In this document: positions 39,998-53,038 of the stretch, in pieces
Layout of the letters: every line of letters begins with the position of its first letter
Position numbering within the stretch: the first letter of the stretch is position 1
Assembly: GCA_964016885.1 (NCBI GenBank)
Contig: OZ024743.1
Span: 28,706,001-28,770,000, forward strand
DNA: 64,000 nucleotides
Direction of reading: 5' to 3'
DNA from: Eledone cirrhosa
Taxonomy: Eukaryota
Position numbers and translations under genes: made by a program
The notes under the pieces: model-generated
What the model was told of the DNA's origin: nothing
Database searches by the model: none
What the model saw: only the letters and a program-made list of their open reading frames with translations

Positions 39998-40130
39998 CGT
40001 TATTCCGGGTTGAATCGGAGGTAACCACAGTAAGTAAGGTACTCAATACATAGCAGAGTATAAAAGTTTTAATATAGATGAGATTCTACAGGACTAGAAC
40101 TGTTTCATTCTTTAGAAATCATCGGGAATC

Positions 40131-40181
40131 AGATTCCTGATGATTTCTAAAGAATGAAACAGTTCTAGTCCTGTAGAATCT
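40131..40181 (+). ncRNA. Type I hammerhead ribozyme, back-to-back with an antisense copy at 40081-40130
   Basis: agattc-CTGATGA-tttc taaa gaat-GAAA-cag..ctg-TA^gaatct; 6-bp stem I, GUA triad. Confidence 0.85.
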
Positions 40182-40183
40182 CA

Positions 40184-40231
<48 letters not shown>

Positions 40232-40918
40232 TATATATATTCTTACTTACTTCGTTCTTGTATTTGTTATAGAAGATTCTTCATGTGAAGTTATGTGTTG
40301 AAACAGATATTGTTATAACTTTGGGGGGTCATGTATATATACATCCATAAATATTCTACTTGTTCGATTAACTAAACTAACTACTCATTGAATTATAATG
40401 TATATGGGTTCGTATTCCTCGTTAGCTTTGTATTTAAAACACAATTCTCAGAGAGAATGTGGATGATATTACGTGATAGGACTAACCATTTAAATCTTAG
40501 ATACACTTCAGCTGAGGGGACAGCACAGTTTCCACGTACTCAACATACTTGATTGAGGCTTCATATTTATGGGGTAGGCCTCGTAATTAGAAGGATTAGA
40601 GATTCAAATATTAAGTAAAAATATTTTCAATAGAAAATTCAATATAAAGCAACAAAGAAATATTTATTCGCTTTCATACAATATCATAGATTTGTAAAGA
40701 ATTTATAATGCAAAGTCAACTGGAGTCGAGGACTTGACTAGTAATTATTTCGTAAAACCTGAAAGGATGAAAAGCAATATTAGTCGACAGCCACAAGCCT
40801 TTGAACTCAAAACCTTTGCACCTTGAATAAATAAAACAAATGTTTTTTCAGACTAAATGTACGTTTAATTATATACATTTTGCTCCTTGCTATACCATCA
40901 TGAATACATAATACGGTG

Positions 40919-41187
40919 AGTGATGGTTGGGTGGTAGGGTAGGATTCCTAGAAACAACAGCTCATCTACAGTATAGATTAATCAAGCACCAGAAATAATA
41001 GCTAAATTGATTACTGGTAATCAATTTAGCTATTGTTTCTGGTGTTTGGCTAATCTATACTGTAGATGGGCTGTTTTTTCTAGGAATCCAACACTGCCGT
41101 TCCACCATCACTAAAATTAGTTATTCCTTTCTGCCACCTATAAAAGGGATGCTATACTTACGGCTTATAGAAAGGAATAACTAATTT
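40919..41187 (+). other. Long hairpin (96-bp arms) followed by a second 19-bp stem
   Basis: Arms 40919-41014 and 41017-41112 pair without gaps; AAATTAGTTATTCCTTTCT / AGAAAGGAATAACTAATTT at 41114-41187. Confidence 0.85.
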
Positions 41188-43163
41188 GCTTAGTTACTTA
41201 CATGGAACCGTTTTCGCAGGTGCACAAATATTTATAAACACTTCAAGTGGATTGACTACACAACAGCTATGACATTAAAAAACATTTTAAAATGGTTATT
41301 TGAAAGCTTTTTTTGATTAAGCTGTTTTTGAGATTTGTAAATATAAAGTACACATTATCGATGAACGCAGAGTTGAGTCTTCTTACAGATAAAGACGGGT
41401 AACCAATGACTGGGGCTAGAATCCACACGATTCAATAGATAACGGCAGTATAGCATGAACGTAAATTCTTTTATGGATATTTATGATACTATCGAAGCAT
41501 GTATATACTTTTGACTACTGTAGGTCTCATAAAACCCGGAATCTGCACATCACAATTTCGTCCCCTCGGTGCTGACCCGGAGGGTGATTTCGTAGAAGAC
41601 CACCATAAGTTGGCCATGTGTCAAAGCCTCCCCTTTCGACGCTAGTAATATCATCCAAGAGAAAGGAAAAGGCTTGATACGGCTTTGCACCAATGACGTC
41701 ACAGACAAACTCAAAATGCATAGGGTCAGAACAAATACTGTGAAGTATCACGTTCGATGCTCTAACAATTCCGACTATCCACCACTCCGATCTGGTATTC
41801 AACCTGGGTCTGTTGAGAGAGACTCTCGGACCTTTTAAATATTATCTCCGACTCTGTTATGAGTATCAAGTTTCTTGTCAAAACTGACACTGCCAAGCTG
41901 ATATACGAGTGTGGCAGTTCCTTTAAGAACTTTCCCCGCTACGATGTTTTGGCTGATTATCCATATATTTAGAAAAGTGATTAGTGAGTCACTTTTCCAG
42001 TTCGGACACTTGATTCATTTTCACCCAGCAGCTCTGTTGTGATCTCTAAAATAACATATTGACCGCCGAGACAACTCATGAGCTTTAGCTCATAAAAATA
42101 CTATCTTCTGAGATAACAAGATAGACGATGATAAAATTGCTCTCCTTTCTTCTGTAGGGTTAAACGTATTTTTTCTCGATCTACACAGTTTGAATTTCCT
42201 TCACAACATTGTGTATTCTCAACGTGCTAAATGTAATTAACTTCACAGTGAGGCAAAAATAATTTTCTTTAATATTAAGAAACACTAACATAAAGACCTA
42301 TTGTTATATTTTTGCATCTATACAGATACTATTTTCGTTCCTTAATTAGATGTTACATTTTCTCCACTGTTTATGTTGCTGTACAGACAATACTATCGCC
42401 TGATTGCAGCTGCTCAAATCTAAACAGATAAATGTTTATTTTCTCATCAGTTTCCACCTGCTTTTTATGTTTGCATGAACATAAAAATAATTATTTATTC
42501 TCATTAACAGTAAATATTTTTGTTATACAAAAGTTTGTGTTTACGCACATTGGTTATTTCAAATTGAGATATATAATATAAACTAAATATGAACTCACTT
42601 TCTATATGTAAACATAAAGTAATATTGAATTTCCGCTGCGAAAGCAATGGATTAAAACTTTTGTATTTCTAAATAAGCTACAGGAGTTCGTAGTAAATCG
42701 TTCTAAATATTTTTTTTTTAGAATTCACTTCTATTCAAACAGAAATAATACCTCATGAATAAAAAAAATGCAAAAAATAAGACATTTTCTTATACCTATA
42801 TTCTCCTGTTAATATTTACTTTCCTTCAAGGAGGCCACAAAATGGAGGAACTTTCTATCTACAATTTAATATCTACAATTCGTGTTGCAAAAATTTGCAA
42901 CACGAATTGGCGCAAAACTTATTTTAATACCGCTGGAGCCACTTTTTTAACATAAAAACAGGTAGAATTTCCAAAACTAATCAGATTAGAGCAAACATCA
43001 CGGACGCTCTATCTCAAAATTATTTTTGAAAAGCATTAGAAATGCGCAACCGGTAAAACTTAAAACCAAAACTGAATACTAACCAATACTAATTCTCACT
43101 TATTCCTAATTAAACTATTTTTCACTGTGAATAATTTGTCAGCATTTTCTTTTCCGTTTACCA

Positions 43164-43203
<40 letters not shown>

Positions 43204-43288
43204 AACTTTATCCCGGGTTCAATCGGGGGTAACCACAGTAAGTAAGGAACTCAATACATAGCAGGGTATAAATATTTAATATAAAAAT

Positions 43289-43339
43289 GGCTTCTACAGG
43301 ACTAGAACTGTTTTATTCGGGAGAAATCATCAGGAAGCC
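43289..43339 (-). ncRNA. Degenerate hammerhead (40131 family; GAAA mutated to AAAA)
   Basis: ggcttc-CTGATGA-tttc tccc gaat-AAAA-cag..ctg-TA-gaagcc; stem I covaries with agattc/gaatct. Confidence 0.6.
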
Positions 43340-43385
43340 CTGAAACATTTCTAGTCCTGTAGAAGCCATTTCCGTATTAAATATA

Positions 43386-43725
43386 CACCCGTGTTAAAGA
43401 AAAATGAGCCAATGTAATATTATAAGAAAAAATATATATCACGTGTTTTGGGATGTAATAAGTGAATATTAATGGATAGTTGTTATTTTTCAGATTAATA
43501 ACATTACATCATATAATAGTTCCTAATTTAAAATGACTCCCCGGAGAAAAGGAAAATTTCTTGATGAGAAAACAAAAAACAGAATTGCAGGATTAAGGCA
43601 GGCAAACTTGACTTACAAGGACATTTTTGATCTTCTAAAGAAAGAAAATCTTGAAACATCTCTGTCAACTGTGAAGCGAATTGGTCTAAGATACGAAACA
43701 AAAGGTTCTGTATCAAGGAAATCGG

Positions 43726-43728
<3 letters not shown>
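43386..43728 (+). pseudogene. Tc1-like transposon 5' end with N-terminal HTH of the transposase
   Basis: TA|CAC start; MTPRRKGKFLDEKTKNRIAGLRQANLTYKDIFD..SLSTVKRI..YETKGSVSRKSG, cut by (TA)n. Confidence 0.65.
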
Positions 43729-43769
<41 letters not shown>

Positions 43770-43770
<1 letters not shown>

Positions 43771-44585
43771 CGAAGGAAATATGGTAAGGAACCAGGTGGA
43801 CCATAACGCACCAAAGTACTCAATACTTAGGGTAGTAGAGTGGGTAATAGGAACAAGTAAGACCCCGACGGCCGAGCTCAAGCCGTTTCGACCACGTTGT
43901 GTTTATATAAAAATATTGTTATCTTTGGCTATAAAAGCAAAATAACTCTGACCGAGATTTGAGATTATTAAACGCATAGGTTCACCAGAAACTTATTTCA
44001 TCATTACATTACGGAACACTTGTATCGAATAAAAGTTTACTATAGTTGTACGTAAGTGTAAAGCCGTAAATATGGATGAGTGGAATACCTCTGTTACAGT
44101 AGCTTTCGTTTCGTGGCTGTATTCATACTACCCTTTTCCCTTTTACTAGTTATCTATAACATTTATGCAACTGTAAGCTCCATATTGATCATTACGCTGA
44201 TCCTTCTGGAATTCCCCATACCTACCCATGTTATCCCTGCCGTCGGTGATATGCAATTGTTCGGGAACAACAACCATATCAATCACATCAGGCTTGGAAG
44301 GCAGGCAAACGTTATGGGTACAATCTTTCCCTCCAGACCAAGCCATACCTTCAGAACATATATGTCTTTAGAGTGAAATATTTCCAAACAATTATCAGAA
44401 ATGTTTCACAGATTCAGTTAGCTGGCGGCTTGCTTCTTTCTTTTTCTTCCTTCTGTTCTTAATGACAGAACACGCATGCAGACCATCAACCTAAGAGAAA
44501 CGACAGCAACACATTTTCCCCAAACCCTACCAATCGTGGTCGAAACGGCTTGAGCTCGGCCGTCGGGGTCTTACTTGTTCCTATA
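43770..44585. mobile_element. PLE remnant with inverted pseudo-LTR ends (18826 family)
   Basis: IR at 43847-43896 / 44536-44585 contains the HHR 3' half GAAA-cggc..gccg-TC; (TA)n flanks. Confidence 0.65.
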
Positions 44586-44586
44586 T

Positions 44587-44620
<34 letters not shown>

Positions 44621-45049
44621 GTAGATAAATCTACCAAAATGTACGGTAGTGTCCAATCCGTATGAAGAACTCAATGTAATCCGAATATCATGAAAAGAGA
44701 AGATGTATTTAAACATTTTTTTCGATGAAAAATACAGGAAAACAGAGTCAAGATAAATTAATACAAATAATGACTAAACAAAGAAACAGTTCCTTATATT
44801 TTTTTATTTCCCCTCGTTTTTAACAGCACTCTTCAATTACATCTAACTCTTATTTATCATATCTATATGCATTAATATAATTTTATCAATATAAATATAC
44901 CTATCAATTTAATTAATTTATTTTCTTTTCATAGATGTAAATTCCATATATTTTTTTTCACTAACACTTTTATCGTAAAATTTTAGTCTCCTCAGATATT
45001 TACAAAGTCATTATTCTTTTATAACAGCAATTTTTCGTGTACCTACTAT

Positions 45050-46540
45050 TGGACATTGCTGAGCTTTTGAGTATCAGGTATTTGGAGGGCATGGGTTTGG
45101 CATAGTGTGGGTGGAGAATTTGGGCCCTGTTGTTTATAGTGTTAATCCAGAGTTCCGTGTCTAATACTGGTAGTCTATTGTTAGGGTGTTTGAACGGGTA
45201 GTCAACAGTTATAGTTATACTCTGGTGTGTGGAAGGTCTCCATTGTGCTAATTTCTAATTCATGTTTATTAGTACTCTCTTATTACTAAATTGATATCGT
45301 CTACGTAACGAGAGTACATGACGAGGTCTATGGAGTTCTCTTCGAGGAGTTCTCTGATAAATAGATTGGTAACATCGCCTGCTACGCTGACGCAAATGAC
45401 TGCTCCTTCATTCTGGGTGTAGATTTTTCATTAAATTTAAACATATGGCCTTTTAGGGTAGTTTTAATTCTAGCCCCTATTGCATGTGTGACCATTTTTC
45501 TCACCTGATCATTGTTTTTGGGTGTCCATATGGCTTTGGTCCATCCATTCCATCTTCCCATGGGAGTCTTTTAGCCATTGGGGTTATGGTGGGTGGTCTA
45601 TCTCTTATAGGTCTACTGGGGCAGAAACAGCTAAGGTCATGATTTTCTAGGTGTTCGGTGTCATAAGTAAGTCTAAGTAGGAGGCTCAGTTCATCTGTGT
45701 CGACGTCGCAGAACTCCACTTTGCTCTCACCGATTATTTCCACACATTTTTCCACAGCAAAATCAATGTTAATGGATGGGTACAGTTATACTACAGCCAT
45801 ACTGCCTATTATGCAGTTAGTTAAGTTTTTGTTTTTGTTGCATTCATTGATTCTGCTGAGGAGGTCCTCTGCGCTGTCACATATCTGCGGGACATCTTAA
45901 TTATGGGGCGTATAACCATAGAGAGGAAGTAGGAGATCCTCTAGTTGCTAGCAATATTGGCTCCGCATACAGGTCTTGTTGGTGGTCCTGTCGTCGGGTC
46001 GTTGGTTGTTTTGTAGTCTTTGCGGAGCCCATACAAGGGTGGTATGTCGTTGTTAGATGCCTGGAAGTTGTTGGCAGTGCGTCTGCTTGGCTTTAGGATG
46101 TCAGTCCACATCATGTGAACGTTGAGGATCTTTTCTCTTTCCTCGTGTGTTTGTTGTGTTGTTTCGCTCGTGTTGATGATGTAGGGTTGCATAGCCTTGA
46201 TATAGTTCAGCATGCTGTCTATTGACATCCTACCAGATTTATCTGTGGGTAGACGCTCTACCCCACCATCCCTTGTACGCTGCTTGAGGCTAAGTAGGCC
46301 TTCTACAGGTTTTCTTCCAAGCTGTTGAATTTCTGGTCTGTTTTGTCTCTTAGTATATTGGTCTATTACCTCTCTAAGTTTATTTCTAGCTATGGTAATC
46401 TGTGCCTCTGTTTCGTCATCTATTTGTTGTGGTATACAAACTCTTTTATTAAAAGGTAATTTAGTGGGATAAATTTTGTTCATCTTGTATGTTTTGTGAG
46501 CTGGGTTGAAGATGGGGTTCTCTAAGGGGTTGTCATTAAA
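45050..46540 (-). pseudogene. Degraded Penelope-type reverse transcriptase from a different PLE lineage
   Basis: PTDKSGRM, PPLYGLRKDYK..PPTRPVCGA, IGSM..LYPSI, YSRYVDDI and LPVLD motifs across frameshifts. Confidence 0.75.
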
Positions 46541-46549
46541 TCTACCGTT

Positions 46550-46935
46550 ATAGTTGTGTGTGCTACTATTATTGTCATTATGGCTGTTGTTGTTCCTACT
46601 GTTAACATTATTATTATTGTTATGATTATTAAATGTATTGTTGTTGTTGTTCTGTCCATTGTTATTGTTGTTGTACTGTTATTTCTACCATTGTGGTTGT
46701 TACCTGTATTGTTATGTTTCTTGTTCTTGCTGTGGTTGTTGATGTTGTTGTTCTGCCTATCGTTAACGTTGCTGCTCCTGCTATTTCCATTATTATTATT
46801 GTATTTGAGGTTGTTGTTGTTCTGCCTAACCTTGACGTGGTTGCTCCTGCTATTTCTATTATTATTATTGTGGTTGTTGTTGTTCTGTTTATCGTTAATC
46901 TTGCTGCTCTTGTTATTTCTATTATTATTATTTTC
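46550..46935. repeat. Low-complexity (GTT)n/(ATT)n with a ~63-bp higher-order repeat
   Basis: GTTGTTGTTCTG..GCTCCTGCTATTTC..ATTATTATT repeated about 3 times. Confidence 0.8.
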
Positions 46936-46941
46936 ATCTCA

Positions 46942-47128
46942 GGGGCGGTGGATTGGCAGTATCGGTATAGGGTCGGACGCCATGCTTTGAAGCATAGAGT
47001 TACAGCCCTTTCCACTCTGAGTTCAAATCCCGCCGAGGCTAACTTTGCCTTACGGGGTCGTTAAAGAAAGTACTAGTAATACACTGGGATAATTGCTTGC
47101 CTTGTGCCAAAAATAGAAACAATTATTA
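46942..47128 (+). mobile_element. tRNA-derived SINE (family A)
   Basis: GGGGCGGTGGATTGGCAGTATCGG..GAGTTCAAATCCCGCCGAGG. Confidence 0.8.
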
Positions 47129-47595
47129 TTTTCATCTCTCCTGCTATTGCTGTTATTATGACTATTATTATTATAGCTGTTATTTCTATAGTCAAAGTTG
47201 TTGTTGTTGCTCGTATTGTTGTTATGCATTGTACTGGGTTTATCTTGTTATATATAGTGACCTTTGGTGGAAGTTGTAGAATGTGTTATTCTCGTTCGCT
47301 GAGATAGCTCGAAGCATAGGAGAAAGAATAGACTAACAATGGGGGAAACTAAAAGGACAACAAAAACGGTTCAGTACTATATGAACACGCCAGACAACGA
47401 CATGACGGTAATATAGACAACACAGAAATTGAAATAATATCTAAGCATAGAAATGACTCTACAGGTAGGTAAATCAGAGAAGCAACTGAGATAGAACTAA
47501 GAAGACCAAAGTTAAACAGAAAAAAATGAAAGGAATAACAACAACAACCATACCCAAACAAACAATACTGACTTAAGGGAAATATAAGTAAATAA

Positions 47596-47627
<32 letters not shown>

Positions 47628-47631
<4 letters not shown>

Positions 47632-49752
47632 TCATCATCATCATCATCATCATCGTTTAACGTCCATGTTCCACGCTTGCATGGGTTTGGACGGGGGGTT
47701 TTCCCACTTGAGGCAAGAGTGGTTGTCTTGCTCGCATAGGACTGTCTGGCGGGTTTTCTACAGCTGGATGCCCTTCCTAACACCAACCACATTTACAGTG
47801 TGGGGCTGGGAGGTTTTTACCGTGTTGCCTACACGGCCACATTACAGCGTGGACTGTGTGGCGGGTTTTCTACAGCTGGATGCCCTTCCTAACACCAACC
47901 ACATTTACAGTGTGGGACTGGGAGGTTTTTACCGTGTTGCCTACACGGCCACATTACAGCGTGGACTGTGTGTTTTTTGTCGTGACACCTACACGATCTC
48001 ATTTGTTTCGGCCTGGATGTTGTGGTACCAACATAACTTTGCATTGAAAGGGGTGGTGTGGATGGGGTGGGGGTGGTGGGACGGGGGTGTATTTTATTAG
48101 AGATGCCTACTGACTGTAGTAGGTTTTACTTTGTATTTAGGTAAGGCGAGTCTTCTCTGTTACTGAGTACCGCCAAAGGTCTCGGTCCAGTGACATTATC
48201 TTGGAGAGGTGTAAGTGTGTGAGGTCGGAATTTATCAGCTCGTCCCAGGTTTTTCTGGGTCTGCCTACTCCGTGGCTACCATCTATCTTTATTGCCCTGC
48301 ACTTTGTTATACAGCTGTCGTCTTTCATGCGCATCACGTGACCATACCAACGTAGCCTTCTCTCGAGTAAACAACATCTGATCCCTCTTATTTCTAATTT
48401 TTTTCCTTAGTTCGTTTATGCTTTGCCGTTCACGTATATTACTATTACACATCCAGCGGAGCATGCAAGCTTCGTTCCTCTCTAGTCTGCGTATATCCTC
48501 TGCACACAATGCCCAGGTCTCACTGCCATGCAACATTGCTGTTCGTATGCAGGCATCATACAAGCTGCCTTTCATTTTTAGGGAGAACCCTTTAGCGGCT
48601 AATAGTGGTATAAGCTCTCTGAACTTTTTCCATCCAGTTCTGACTGTACTTTCAGAGCACCCTCCCCCACTGCTGATTTTGTCATCCAGGTAACGGAAGC
48701 TGTCAACTATTTCTATAGAACCCTCTGCGCAATTGAAAGAGCTAGTATTTTGTGGGCACTTGCTGCTACTTATTGCACCAGAGCACCGGCCACATGTAAA
48801 ATCTGTGTTCTTAGTTAGCTTACCTGTGATCCCACTACATCTTTTATGCATCCATACTTTGCATTTGGAACATAAAATGGAGTTTCTACCTATGCCTTTC
48901 CTACACACTTAGCATGGCGCCTTATTTTCTTTCCTACAAACTAGAACTTTAGACTTAGCCAGGTTAATTTTAAGGCCTTTTGATTCTAGGCCGTGCTTCT
49001 ATGTTTGGAATTTCTTCTCTAGCTCGGCTATTGATTCAGCTATGAGCGTTAGATCATCTGCGTATAGGAGTTCACATGGGCAGCCGGTCTTGAACTCCTC
49101 TGTTATAGCCTGAAGGGCAATAATAAGTAGTAGGGGGCTAAGAACAGAGCCCTGATGGACACCAACTTTTACGCTAAACTCTTCACTATATTCGTTGTTA
49201 ATTCTAACCTTGCTGACTGTTTCTTTATACATGGCTTGTATAGCTCTCACAAGCCATTCGTCAACACCTAGTTTTCTAAGAGCCCACCAGATAATGGAAC
49301 GGGGGACTCTGTCGAAGGCTTTCTCCAAGTCGACAAAAGCTAAGTATAGGGGTTTACTTTTAGCTAGGTACTTCTCCTGTAGTTGTCGTACAATGAAAAT
49401 AGCGTCTGTGGTACTTTTGCCTGACACAAACCCGAACTGCATTTCATCTAGATCAATTCTCTCTCTGATTAGTTGCGCTATTACTTTTTCCGTGACCTTC
49501 ATGACCTGGTCGATTAATTTAATGCCTCTATAGTTACTCCTATCTAGGACGTCTCCTTTACCCTTGTAACAGTTAACGATGATGCTGCTACGCCAGTCCT
49601 TCGGAACAACCCCATTCTGTATGACTTGGTTTACTATCCGGGTGACCATGGTGTGTCCCACCGTACCAGAGGCTTTCAGCATCTCAGCAACTATTTCCGA
49701 AGGCCCAGCCGCCTTACCCGTCTTCATATCTTTGATTGCCTTACTTATTATA
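47628..49752 (-). mobile_element. RTE-clade LINE, 5'-truncated (RT + Cys-rich insert + C-terminus)
   Basis: KAAGP, YRGIKL, QFGF, FVDLEKAFD, GVHQGSVLSPLL, LLYADDL, CSKC..HKRC..CGRC, MLHGSETW, GRPRKTW; (GAT)n tail; a few stops and frameshifts. Confidence 0.92.
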
Positions 49753-50559
49753 CTACCTATATATATACACAAGTACAATAACGACACCACATATAAACAC
49801 ACACTAGTGAACAAAGATAGAATACAAAAAAAACAAAACATACACTCAAACGCGAACACACACACCAAACTTTATACACACACGCAAACGCATGAACAGG
49901 GACAGAGACAAGAAGAAATACATTAATTAATTAAATAAAAATGGCGTAGACATTACAATACAATAGGAGGGAACATAATAGTACGACTGATATTGCAGAT
50001 GTGCAGCGAAAGAACTTTGATAGACTATATATAGATATTTACATCTGTATTTTTAACCACTGGTCAATCAATGATAAACATAGATTGTCAAATAAATTAA
50101 CTGTGGAGTTATAAAAGATACAGAAGCGAAAACCAACCAAACAGTGAGTGTGTTCTGTTATTATTCCTGGCAATATTACAACAATATGACCCTCCCCAAG
50201 TATAACAATATTTGTTTCGACACACGATTTCATATCAAAACCTTACAAAACAAATTATATATATATACAGATATATATATACATACATACATTTGTATAT
50301 ATGCATATACTTATGTGTGTATAAAGCGAGAAAGAAAGTGAGAGATAGATAGATAAATAGATAGATTTATACAGTTTTGGTTACAAGCAGAAGAAAATTT
50401 CAATCAATACATAATGTGAAAATGTTGAGTATTTATATTAACAGTTTAAATTACTTCCGCACTACCAGCGGCTTCATGAGGAAAATATGTTTAAATTATC
50501 ACATGCATTTTAGAAAAAGTAAAATAAGTGAGAGAAAAGGGTTTATAGCCTTGATAAGG

Positions 50560-51090
50560 GATCACATTGGTTGGTTCAGGTGGTGTGCATCTCGGTGGTG
50601 GCATTAATCTCAGAGGAATTCAGCGACGTCGTGGGGTCCTGGAGGAGGCAATGTGAGTGGTACATCTTTTGTTCTGTGTATTGGGTGTCAATGGCGGGTT
50701 GAATGTTCAATTGGTGTATGTGGTAACCTATGGTTGATTATTTCATGCTCTTCGTGCCAGTTCGAGCTGTATGTCCCAACACCTACACGCAAGTCTGGTA
50801 GATATAAGGTGGATTACATAGGCTGTTCGAAGTTTTCAAACGGGACTCTTTTCCGGTTTCAGCCAAACGCGAGCCAGTTTTCTGTTGACGAAAATAAGGC
50901 TGTTGTAGGATATGCAATGTCTCGCGAAGGCAGAGTTGACATTTGCAACCTCAGGGGCAATCTGGAGATGCGCTGTCCATTATGCTCAGTATGCAAGTGC
51001 TAGATAAATCTTCTCTTCACCTCATTGGTGGTTGGGCCTATAGAATCTATCAGGCGATGTGAAAGGGGGCTCTGTTTTTACCAAACCAGT
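50560..51090 (-). pseudogene. Old LINE RT C-terminal fragment
   Basis: GC-elevated patch with LINE-like residual peptides; heavily decayed. Confidence 0.35.
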
Positions 51091-51344
51091 AGCCTTTCAC
51101 TCTTTAAAAGATCAATAGCTTAAGTGCATGATAAATTAGATACCTTAACATAATCGACCAGTATGCTAGCAGCACAGTGAAAGAGGCTAACAAAAAAGGC
51201 AATAAAACAATTCATATATTAGGTTCATTGACCACAAAAAATTACCGTCATTTCGGCAACTGAAATGAAATCCTCTGAGTGTATTTTTTTCCTCATCTCA
51301 AAACATCATATATTTATGCCTAGGCAATGTCGAACAAAAACTAA

Positions 51345-51545
51345 CAGTTTCTATTTTGGGCAGAAGAAAAACAATTTGGGGGCCAGTCGATTATATTGAC
51401 CTCGGAACTTGATTAATACTTTATTTGATCCACCTCCTGAAGATGAAATGCTAAGTTGACTTTGGCGGAATTTGAACTTAGAACGTAAAGAGCCGGAACA
51501 CATACCACGAAATACTTTGTCCAACATTCTAAGAAATCTGCTACA
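51345..51545 (-). mobile_element. SINE (family A-related)
   Basis: TTTACGTTCTAAGTTCAAATTCCGCCAAAGTCAAC. Confidence 0.65.
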
Positions 51546-52277
51546 CTAGGATTTCATACCAACATACCATAATAAAGCAAAGGAAGTGGATGTTGTGATA
51601 TTTTATTTCAATGTTGTAATAGTTTATTTCAACATCTTCTTTTCCTTCTTACGGTAATCTTTTTTATCACCGCTGTTACTGATTTTTACATTTTCTTTTG
51701 CTAACTCCTTTGCTTTTTTTTAATGGTAACCGATATGGCTTCCTCCACGGCACATATATAAATTTCAACGTAGAACATTTTCTGCATAAGAATCTCTTCG
51801 CAGGCATGCCATTCCGGGTCATTATTTTTCTGTCAATATAAGTAAAAATAAGCATGTGTTAAAAGAGAAGAATAACACTGGTCAACAATTATTTTTCATC
51901 AAGCATATGTCAAGGTGTACTTAGTATATTTGTTAATGATTTCAAATATACGATTAGTTTTTTGACATCACGTACATTTTTAAAGATGAGAAAGTATTTT
52001 GGTTTTAGCTCATGCATTATATAGAATTTCCAATTAATGACGTGTATGTATGTATTTCATTTACATCATGGAAATATACCTTTAAAATAAACTACATTAT
52101 TCATTGCTGCATAGTTCAGATGCAATATTTCATCATCTTAAATTAACCAATCAAGTTTTGTCTGATGAAATAGGTATTTCAACATCTCAAATTGTCCAGT
52201 CATAATTGGTCTAATGAAATATTTCATCATCTCAAATTCAATATATCTATTTCCTTACTTATTTTACAGTGTTAACA

Positions 52278-52870
52278 ATGTCAAGACAGTGTAGAGATCG
52301 ACCTGATGTGTTTCGTTATGTATGTGGACAATTTATTGCGAAAGCTCAAAAAGTACAATAACACCCGAGATCTAAGAAGATTTATAAGTTATACTTTGAC
52401 TGTCCTCTTGGAGATCAGGACAAGTTATGGGCACCACATTTTATCTGCTCAGCTTGCTCAAAGGGGTTTCGTGACTGGTTCAATAAGAGAAAGAAGTCCA
52501 TGCCTGTTGTCATTCCAATGATATGGAGGGAGCCGAAATACCATTTTAATGATTGTTATTTTTGAAAAGTAAATGTCACAGGATTTTCTATGAAGAATAA
52601 ACACAAAATTGTGTATCCCAATTTGGATTCTGCAATGAGACCTGTGCTTCACAATGGAAGTCTGCCAATTCCAGTACCACCAAATGATGGTATTGAAACA
52701 TCAGATGATGCTGCTTACTGTCACGATAGTGTTGCTGGGGAAGATTACGTGGCTGATGACGATAGCTTTAAATCTCAGAATTGTTCCCAAGCTGAACTGA
52801 CCTTGTCAGAGATCTATACCTCTCAAAAGATAAAGCAGAACTGTTGGTATCAAGACTGAAGGAGAAGTAT
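52278..52870 (+). pseudogene. Chapaev (CMC superfamily) transposase N-terminal Cys-rich domain fragment
   Basis: Across frameshifts: C.DRPDV..YVCG, LGDQDKLWAPHFICSAC, IPMIWREPKYHFNDCYF, YPNLDSAMRPVLH..LPIPVPP. Confidence 0.75.
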
Positions 52871-52879
52871 CTGATAGAA

Positions 52880-53038
52880 GTATTGGTAGAGTGCCGAACA
52901 ACATACTTTGCGGCATATAGTTACGGCTCTTTACAGGGTCGATAAAATAAAGCACCAGTAATACACTAGGGTTGATTTAATTGCCTTCCCCTTCCCCGAA
53001 ATTGTTGGGTTTGTGCCTAAATCAGAAATCATTATTAT
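52880..53038 (+). mobile_element. SINE (family A, internally deleted)
   Basis: TATTGGTAGAGTGCCG..GGGTCGATAAAATAAAGCACCAGT..TTGTGCCTAAA. Confidence 0.65.

Noticed and set aside
40262-40322. HHR-like AGAAGA...GAAACAGATATTGTT (related motif at ~50200 minus)
   Set aside because: Incomplete core and no convincing stem II
46556-47064. Poly-Leu/Val/Thr ORFs resembling membrane or mucin proteins
   Set aside because: Derived from (GTT)n/(ATT)n low-complexity sequence and a SINE
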